In this document: positions 58,491 through 64,000 of the stretch, one piece after another
Layout of the letters: each line of letters starts with the position of its first letter
How positions within the stretch are numbered: the stretch's first letter is position 1
DNA from: Spirochaetales bacterium
GTDB lineage: Bacteria; Spirochaetota; Spirochaetia; DSM-27196; SLAA01
Length of the DNA: 64,000 bases
Direction of reading: 5' to 3'
NCBI GenBank assembly: GCA_007127105.1
Contig: SLAA01000010.1
Location: 11,447-75,446 of the forward strand
Program-made: the position numbers and the translations under genes
Notes under the pieces: generated by a model
The model's input: the letters and a program-made list of their open reading frames with translations, nothing else
The model's database searches: none
Told to the model about the DNA's origin: nothing

Positions 58491-60188
58491 ATGTTTCGGC
58501 CAGGAATTCTTCGCGCAATGCGCGGCTACACGCTACGCCAGTTTGTCGCAGATCTAATAGCAGGCCTTATTGTCGGGGTGGTTGCAGTGCCGCTCTCTAT
58601 AGCAGTTGCGGTTGCCTCCGGCGTAACGCCCCAACAAGGACTCGCGACAGCAGTTGTGGCAGGGGCGGCAGTTGCCTTCTTTGGAGGGGGACGCGTTCAG
58701 ATTAGTGGTCCCACAGGCACCTTCGTAGTGGTGGCCTACGCTATTGGCTCACAGTATGGTTATGACGGACTGGCGCTTGCAACCGCCATGGCGGGCGTTA
58801 TGCTCGCAATTATGGGAATTGCCCGGCTTGGACGCGTCATCCAGTATGTCCCCTACCCGGTCGTTATTGGCTTCTCGTCAGGAATCGGAACGGTCATTCT
58901 GATATCTCAGATTGGTGATCTTCTGGGGATGTCTTTGGTTGGCGCTCCCCCAGATGTCCCCGCGCGCATACTCACCTATTTCGGTGCACTGGGTCGGATC
59001 AGTATTACGGATACGCTCGTCTCTTTGGTCACCATCCTCATTGTTGTGTTCTGGAAGAACCTATCCAAACGTATTCCCGGCGCGCTGGTGGCAATACTTG
59101 CCGTAACGATTCCAGTCATCGTGTTTGATCTCTCGGTAGTGACCATCAACTCTCGCTTCGGTGGTCTGCCGCGTGGCATGACCTGGTATGGGTTTCCACC
59201 AGTCTCGCTTGAGCTTGTTCAGCAAATGCTTATGCCTGCGTTTACCATAGCTCTTCTCTGTGGTATAGAAAGCCTCTTCACTGCGGTGGTTGCAGACGGC
59301 ATGGTTGGTGACCGACACGACCCTAACACAGAGCTCATTGGGGAGGGCATTGCCAACTTCGCCTGCGCAATCTTCGGTGGTATACCAGCTTCTGGGGCGA
59401 TTGCTCGAACCGCGACCAATGCCAAGAATGGCGGTCGAACTCCGGTGGCGGCCTTGGCAAATGTTGCCTTGGTTTTTTTGGTGATGACCGTCTTGGCACC
59501 GCTTGTAGGTTACATACCTATTGCCGCTCTTGCAGGGGTACTGGCTGTCGTTGCATATAATATGGCTGAGTGGCACTCCTTCATGGCACTCATGAAGGGA
59601 CCAAAAAGCGATGTCTCGGTGATGCTTACCACCTTTGCTCTCACCATCCTGATTGACCTCTCGGTTGCAATTCAGGCTGGCATGGTGCTTGCCGCCTTTC
59701 TGTTCATGCACCGTATGAGTGTGGTTGCTCAGATCAACGTCCTCGGTGCGGAAAAGAAACCACGTGACGGACAGAGAGCTGGCCGTGCCGATCTAAACTC
59801 ACAAGTTGAACTGGGGCACGGCCGTGGTATCCCAGAAGGAGTTGAGGTATACGAGGTTAACGGTCCTTTCTTCTTTGGAGCCGCCGAGAAGTTTCGCAAC
59901 ATCATGATGTTTATCGAACGAAGACCCAAGGTACGAATAGTCCGCATGGGTGCGGTAGGTGCTATCGATGCAACCGGCCTACGGCTATTGGAAGATCTGG
60001 TGAACGACAGCGAACGGCATCATATGCATTTCATTGTATGTGAGCTCCAAGCGCAGCCGGAACGCGCGCTAAAGAAGACGGGTCTCTACGAGCGTCTGCA
60101 ACCGGGTCATCTGTGTGAAAGCCTGGAAGAGGCGTTGGAGTACGCCCGCACATACACCCAGGAAACGAACGAGAGCCGGGAGTTGTAG
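58491..60188 (+). CDS. SulP-family anion permease with a C-terminal STAS domain
   Basis: 565 aa. The N-terminal sulfate-transporter signature region (DLIAGLIVGVVAVPLSIA) and the C-terminal STAS fold (VYEVNGPFFFGAAEKF...IDATG). Confidence 0.9.
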   Translation: MFRPGILRAMRGYTLRQFVADLIAGLIVGVVAVPLSIAVAVASGVTPQQGLATAVVAGAAVAFFGGGRVQISGPTGTFVVVAYAIGSQYGYDGLALATAMAGVMLAIMGIARLGRVIQYVPYPVVIGFSSGIGTVILISQIGDLLGMSLVGAPPDVPARILTYFGALGRISITDTLVSLVTILIVVFWKNLSKRIPGALVAILAVTIPVIVFDLSVVTINSRFGGLPRGMTWYGFPPVSLELVQQMLMPAFTIALLCGIESLFTAVVADGMVGDRHDPNTELIGEGIANFACAIFGGIPASGAIARTATNAKNGGRTPVAALANVALVFLVMTVLAPLVGYIPIAALAGVLAVVAYNMAEWHSFMALMKGPKSDVSVMLTTFALTILIDLSVAIQAGMVLAAFLFMHRMSVVAQINVLGAEKKPRDGQRAGRADLNSQVELGHGRGIPEGVEVYEVNGPFFFGAAEKFRNIMMFIERRPKVRIVRMGAVGAIDATGLRLLEDLVNDSERHHMHFIVCELQAQPERALKKTGLYERLQPGHLCESLEEALEYARTYTQETNESREL

Positions 60189-60242
60189 GAAAACTTTGGG
60201 TCTCCTCAGACTTTACTTTTGAGTTGTCCCAGCAGTACTATC

Positions 60243-61505
60243 ATGCTCATGAACGAAAAACCACTACCTTTTACCCACGAGTTTCTCGAAGAACTCACGC
60301 GCACCTACTCGACACCATTTCACATATACGATGAAGCCGCAATTCGCGAAAACGCGCAGGCTCTCAACGAAGCCTTTGATTGGGTCGATGGTGGATTCAA
60401 GAATTACTTCGCTGTTAAGGCGCTTCCGAACCCGCACATAATGAAGATCCTTCATGAGGAAGACATGGGATTCGACTGCAGCTCCTTTATTGAGCTGGTC
60501 TTGTCGGAGCGTGTAGGTGTTACCGGTGAGGAAATCATGTTCACCTCCAACGCTACACCGCTGCACTACTACAAGAAGGCTCTTGATCTGGGGGCAGTAA
60601 TCAACCTCGACGACATCTCACATATCCCCTACCTTGCAGGAAATCTTGAGATGCCGGAGTTGATCTGCATGCGCTACAATCCTGGCCCGCTAAAGGAAGG
60701 TAACGTAATAATTGGTAAGCCGCAGGAAGCGAAGTTCGGTTTCACCGAGGAACAAATACTATCTGGATTTAAGGAGGCACGTGATCTTGGCGCGAAGCGT
60801 TTTGGGTTGCATGCTATGGTCGCCTCCAATGAACTTGATCCCAGCTACTTTGTGGAAACCGCAGTACTCCTTTTTGAGCTCGCAAAAAAGCTCTGGAAGC
60901 GGCATCATATTAAGCTCGAGTTCATAAATCTTGGTGGAGGTATGGGAATTCCCTACAAGCCGGAACAGAGGCCACTCAACTACCAGGAGATATCCGACGG
61001 CATTCGCGAGGCCTACAACACCATTGTGAGCGGTACCGAGTTTGGCCCGATTCGCATTGTCACTGAGAACGGACGAATTATTACCGGTCCGTACGGGTAT
61101 CTTGTCTCACGCGTGACTCACCTTAAGGATACATACAAGAGATTTGTGGGCTTAGATGCAAATATGGCAAATCTTATGCGACCAGGGATGTACGGAGCGT
61201 ATCATCATATTTCCGTGCCTGGAAAGGATGCCTCAACTCCGTCCAGACTCTACGACGTGACCGGTAGCCTGTGTGAAAACAATGACAAATTTGCTATTGA
61301 TCGTGAGCTTCCTGAAATTGAAGTAGGGGACTTGGTTGTGATTCATGACACCGGAGCACACGGGCACTCCATGGGCTTCAACTACAACGGCAAGTTACGT
61401 TCGGCGGAGCTGTTATACCAACGTGACGGTAGCGTTAAGCTCATTCGCCGGGCCGAAACAACTGAAGACCACTTGTCCACTCTCGACTTCAGCGATTTCG
61501 AGTAA
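60243..61505 (+). CDS. PLP-dependent decarboxylase of the Orn/DAP/Arg (group IV) family, probably diaminopimelate decarboxylase
   Basis: About 420 aa. TPFHIYDE, the PLP-Lys in YFAVKALPN, GGGMGIPY and GSLCENND. Substrate is not resolvable by eye. The start is ATG 60243 or 60249. Confidence 0.7.
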   Translation: MLMNEKPLPFTHEFLEELTRTYSTPFHIYDEAAIRENAQALNEAFDWVDGGFKNYFAVKALPNPHIMKILHEEDMGFDCSSFIELVLSERVGVTGEEIMFTSNATPLHYYKKALDLGAVINLDDISHIPYLAGNLEMPELICMRYNPGPLKEGNVIIGKPQEAKFGFTEEQILSGFKEARDLGAKRFGLHAMVASNELDPSYFVETAVLLFELAKKLWKRHHIKLEFINLGGGMGIPYKPEQRPLNYQEISDGIREAYNTIVSGTEFGPIRIVTENGRIITGPYGYLVSRVTHLKDTYKRFVGLDANMANLMRPGMYGAYHHISVPGKDASTPSRLYDVTGSLCENNDKFAIDRELPEIEVGDLVVIHDTGAHGHSMGFNYNGKLRSAELLYQRDGSVKLIRRAETTEDHLSTLDFSDFE

Positions 61506-61515
61506 GTTCTGTATC

Positions 61516-62100
61516 TTATCCGAAGCGCCGCACAAGCAGATTCTGGTCCTCAGCTCCGCTTCTACACGAGTCCTCCGGACGACACGCTTCCTGATCCTCG
61601 GTCTCCTGACGATAGTTCTTTGCCAGGAGGCTCGTAAAGGAAGCGCAGAGCTTGTTTTCCAACTCGTTTCTCGATTGGCAAGACAACAGTTCGTGTCGAA
61701 AGAGTTCATTGCGCACCAGGCCCACGAGACATGAGAGCACTTTGAGGTAGTCCATTTCCGAGTCGGGATGATTTGCGACGACGAACAAAAGCTGTACCGG
61801 ACGACCGTCCATGGCACCGAACTCAAGCCCGTCGTTGGAGACACCAAGCGCTACCAGCGGAACCGAAACCTCCGCAGTTCGACCATGTGCAACCGCAACC
61901 CCATGTCCGAACCCGGTGGACTGAACCTTTTCACGTTCAATAACCTTAGCGGCGAAATCTTCAATGTCTAGTTGGGGTACCCGACGAAAGACTTGTGAGC
62001 GATGCACTACCTCACGAATGGCCTCAAACTTGTCGGTACTCTCTATATTCCAAACAACGCTTCCGTCGCTAAAAAAACTATATTCACAGAGGTTGTTCAT
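61516..62100 (-). CDS. Stand-alone PTS EIIA type-2 (PtsN/EIIA-Ntr-like) protein
   Basis: 194 aa. EIIA-2 fold pattern with the phospho-His motif GFGHGVAVAHGR, plus a 40-aa charged C-terminal tail. Confidence 0.7.
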   Translation of the reverse strand: MNNLCEYSFFSDGSVVWNIESTDKFEAIREVVHRSQVFRRVPQLDIEDFAAKVIEREKVQSTGFGHGVAVAHGRTAEVSVPLVALGVSNDGLEFGAMDGRPVQLLFVVANHPDSEMDYLKVLSCLVGLVRNELFRHELLSCQSRNELENKLCASFTSLLAKNYRQETEDQEACRPEDSCRSGAEDQNLLVRRFG

Positions 62101-62176
62101 AGTTTTAGTACTATAGTTTTCAAAGCGCTAAGTCAATAGCCCCCCTGCAGGCTTTTCTGATACTATGGGCCTGCCT

Positions 62177-64000
62177 ATGAGACGTGAAATACGAACCCGG
62201 CCCGGTCTACGTGACGGGCGCAGCACAGAACTCGCTACCCGCATTTCTCGGCTTCTGCCGACGGTACACCTTAGCTACATAGAGGTGCGCGATGTCTTCA
62301 TTCTGCAGGGCTATCATGACCTTGATGACCGCACCTTCGGACGGCTCTTCATTGATCCCGTGTGTTCCGAATTACTCAAGGCAGGTGACCAACGCTCCCC
62401 GGCGGGAGCCGGGATAGCGGCGCACGAAGCTGCCGAACAGGAATCGAGCTGGGACTACTCAATAGAGATTGCGGTCAAACCCGGCGTTACCGATACCGTT
62501 GCCGATACTGCCGCGGCAGCGCTTGCGAGCGAGACTGGTGTGGAGATAGTTGGTACTGCGGACGCTTCTCTGAGTGGCAACGCGACTCCCGAAAAGGGGA
62601 CGGTACAGACCGCCCGTCGATATCTGCTGGGGGGCCTTGGATTTGAAGAAGCTCAGGCAGTCGCTGCTGAGTTGCATAACCCGCTCATTGAGTTTGCTGA
62701 GATCCTTTCCCGGGAGACATACAGAGCCGGAAAGAGGCACCCGGATACCTACCCTCTCCATCCAGATCCAGCACCGCCAACTGTCGAGAGATACGATGTC
62801 TCCAGTATGGACGACCCTGCACTCATCGAACTCTCCAATGAACGTTTGCTTGCACTGAGCCGAGAAGAACTCCATGCAATAGCTGAGCACTATCGTGACC
62901 CCAAGATCATTGAAGCACGGATGGCCGCTGGCCTGCCTGCCGAGGCAACCGACTGCGAGCTTGAGATGCTTGCTCAGACCTGGAGCGAGCACTGTAAACA
63001 CAAGATCTTTCAGGCTGGCATTCGCTACCTCGAGTATTCAGGTGCTCCGGACCCGCAAGGCTCCAGTCAGACAAGTGTGAGTGAGGAACGAATTGAGGGC
63101 CTGTTTGCCACCTATATTCGCGGCACTACCGACGCGGTTTCAAAGGGGCGCGAAGATATACTTTCGGTCTTTCACGACAACTCCGGAGTAGTCGCCTTTG
63201 ATGCTGAACACGTGGTGTGTTTTAAGGCCGAGACCCATAACTCGCCAAGTGCGCTTGATCCGTACGGAGGTGCAATCACCGGCATTGTGGGTGTGAATCG
63301 AGACATCATGGGCACCGGACGAGGCGCGCGGCCAATTCTCAACACCAATGTGTTGTGCTTTGGGTATCCGGACACATCCGGTTCGGAACTACCGCGGGGA
63401 ATTATGCCTCCAGAGAGGGTTCTGCGCGGGGTACATCACGGGATTGTGGACGGCGGGAATCAGTCGGGTATACCGACAGTTGCTGGAGCCTTCCTTTTTG
63501 ACGAGAGCTTCATGGGAAAGCCGCTGGTCTTTTGCGGAACTGCGGGAATAATGCCTCGCCTGCTTGGGGGGCGGCCATCCTGGGAAGAAGACATTGACCC
63601 AGGTGATATTGCTGTTATGGTCGGTGGTCGCATAGGCAAGGACGGAATACATGGCGCTACCTTTTCCTCCCTGGCTCTTGAAGAGGAGTCGCCAAGCTCC
63701 GCCGTTCAGATTGGTGACCCCATTACCCAACGCCGAATGATGGACTTTCTGCTTGAGGCCCGCGACCTTGGCCTATATAAGGGAATCACCGACAACGGCG
63801 CCGGTGGGCTTTCCTCCTCACTTGGTGAAATGGCGCGCAGCAGTGGTGGAGTTGAGATTGAGTTAGCATCCTGTCCACTGAAGTACCCAGGGCTTGCGCC
63901 GTGGGAGATTCTGGTCTCCGAGAGCCAAGAGCGCATGAGTCTTGCTCTTGACCCCAGTACACAGGTGCAGTTTTTTGAGTTGGCTCGCAGGCGCGGTGTT
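62177..64000 (+). CDS. purL: Phosphoribosylformylglycinamidine synthase (PurL), 5' part running out of the right edge
   Basis: Open frame of 608 codons to the window end; not in the ORF track because it has no stop. Has WSEHCKHKIF, ETHNSPSALDPYGGA and DNGAGGLSS. An alternative ATG is at 62165. Confidence 0.9.
   Translation, partial: MRREIRTRPGLRDGRSTELATRISRLLPTVHLSYIEVRDVFILQGYHDLDDRTFGRLFIDPVCSELLKAGDQRSPAGAGIAAHEAAEQESSWDYSIEIAVKPGVTDTVADTAAAALASETGVEIVGTADASLSGNATPEKGTVQTARRYLLGGLGFEEAQAVAAELHNPLIEFAEILSRETYRAGKRHPDTYPLHPDPAPPTVERYDVSSMDDPALIELSNERLLALSREELHAIAEHYRDPKIIEARMAAGLPAEATDCELEMLAQTWSEHCKHKIFQAGIRYLEYSGAPDPQGSSQTSVSEERIEGLFATYIRGTTDAVSKGREDILSVFHDNSGVVAFDAEHVVCFKAETHNSPSALDPYGGAITGIVGVNRDIMGTGRGARPILNTNVLCFGYPDTSGSELPRGIMPPERVLRGVHHGIVDGGNQSGIPTVAGAFLFDESFMGKPLVFCGTAGIMPRLLGGRPSWEEDIDPGDIAVMVGGRIGKDGIHGATFSSLALEEESPSSAVQIGDPITQRRMMDFLLEARDLGLYKGITDNGAGGLSSSLGEMARSSGGVEIELASCPLKYPGLAPWEILVSESQERMSLALDPSTQVQFFELARRRGV

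Overview
This window is the chromosomal replication-origin neighbourhood of a diderm bacterium. The core gene order is gyrA<-gyrB | dnaA->dnaN->recF->DUF721/dciA-like->rpmH->rnpA->yidC->jag. parA-parB lies about 11 kb to the left of dnaA, and two consensus parS sites lie about 5 kb to the left. The order is reminiscent of Spirochaetota, but the taxon cannot be fixed from the sequence alone. I can support about 60 protein genes, 5 tRNAs (four Ser isoacceptors plus Arg-GCG) and an SRP RNA.

The content is overwhelmingly housekeeping:
- gatCAB plus archaeal-type aspS
- ffs-dnaX-ybaB-recR
- pth and lplA
- the glycine cleavage operon gcvT-H-PA-PB
- ahcY-metK
- mgtE, an amino-acid ABC transporter, add, a SulP permease, and the 5' part of purL

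I saw no CRISPR array, transposase, integrase, phage gene or recognisable defence cassette.

What deserves a second look is non-canonical architecture inside otherwise ordinary operons:
1. GatB is fused in-frame to a GatD/asparaginase-like domain whose nucleophile motif looks altered.
2. A PTS-EIIA domain is fused to a diadenylate cyclase. It sits in a five-gene, translationally coupled operon: lplA, EIIA-DAC, nudC, a truncated glpA-like gene and an SdhB-like Fe-S gene.
3. eutB is present without eutC.
4. A structured element of about 135 nt has arms that are copies of the neighbouring tRNA-Arg 3' end.
5. There are two DnaA-box clusters. One, between dnaA and dnaN, has three boxes at exact 30-bp phasing. 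The other lies in a 475-nt non-coding gap between jag and gcvT.

All calls rest on by-eye motif recognition and hand folding. No database search, HMM or RNA covariance model was run, so start codons and family assignments are provisional.
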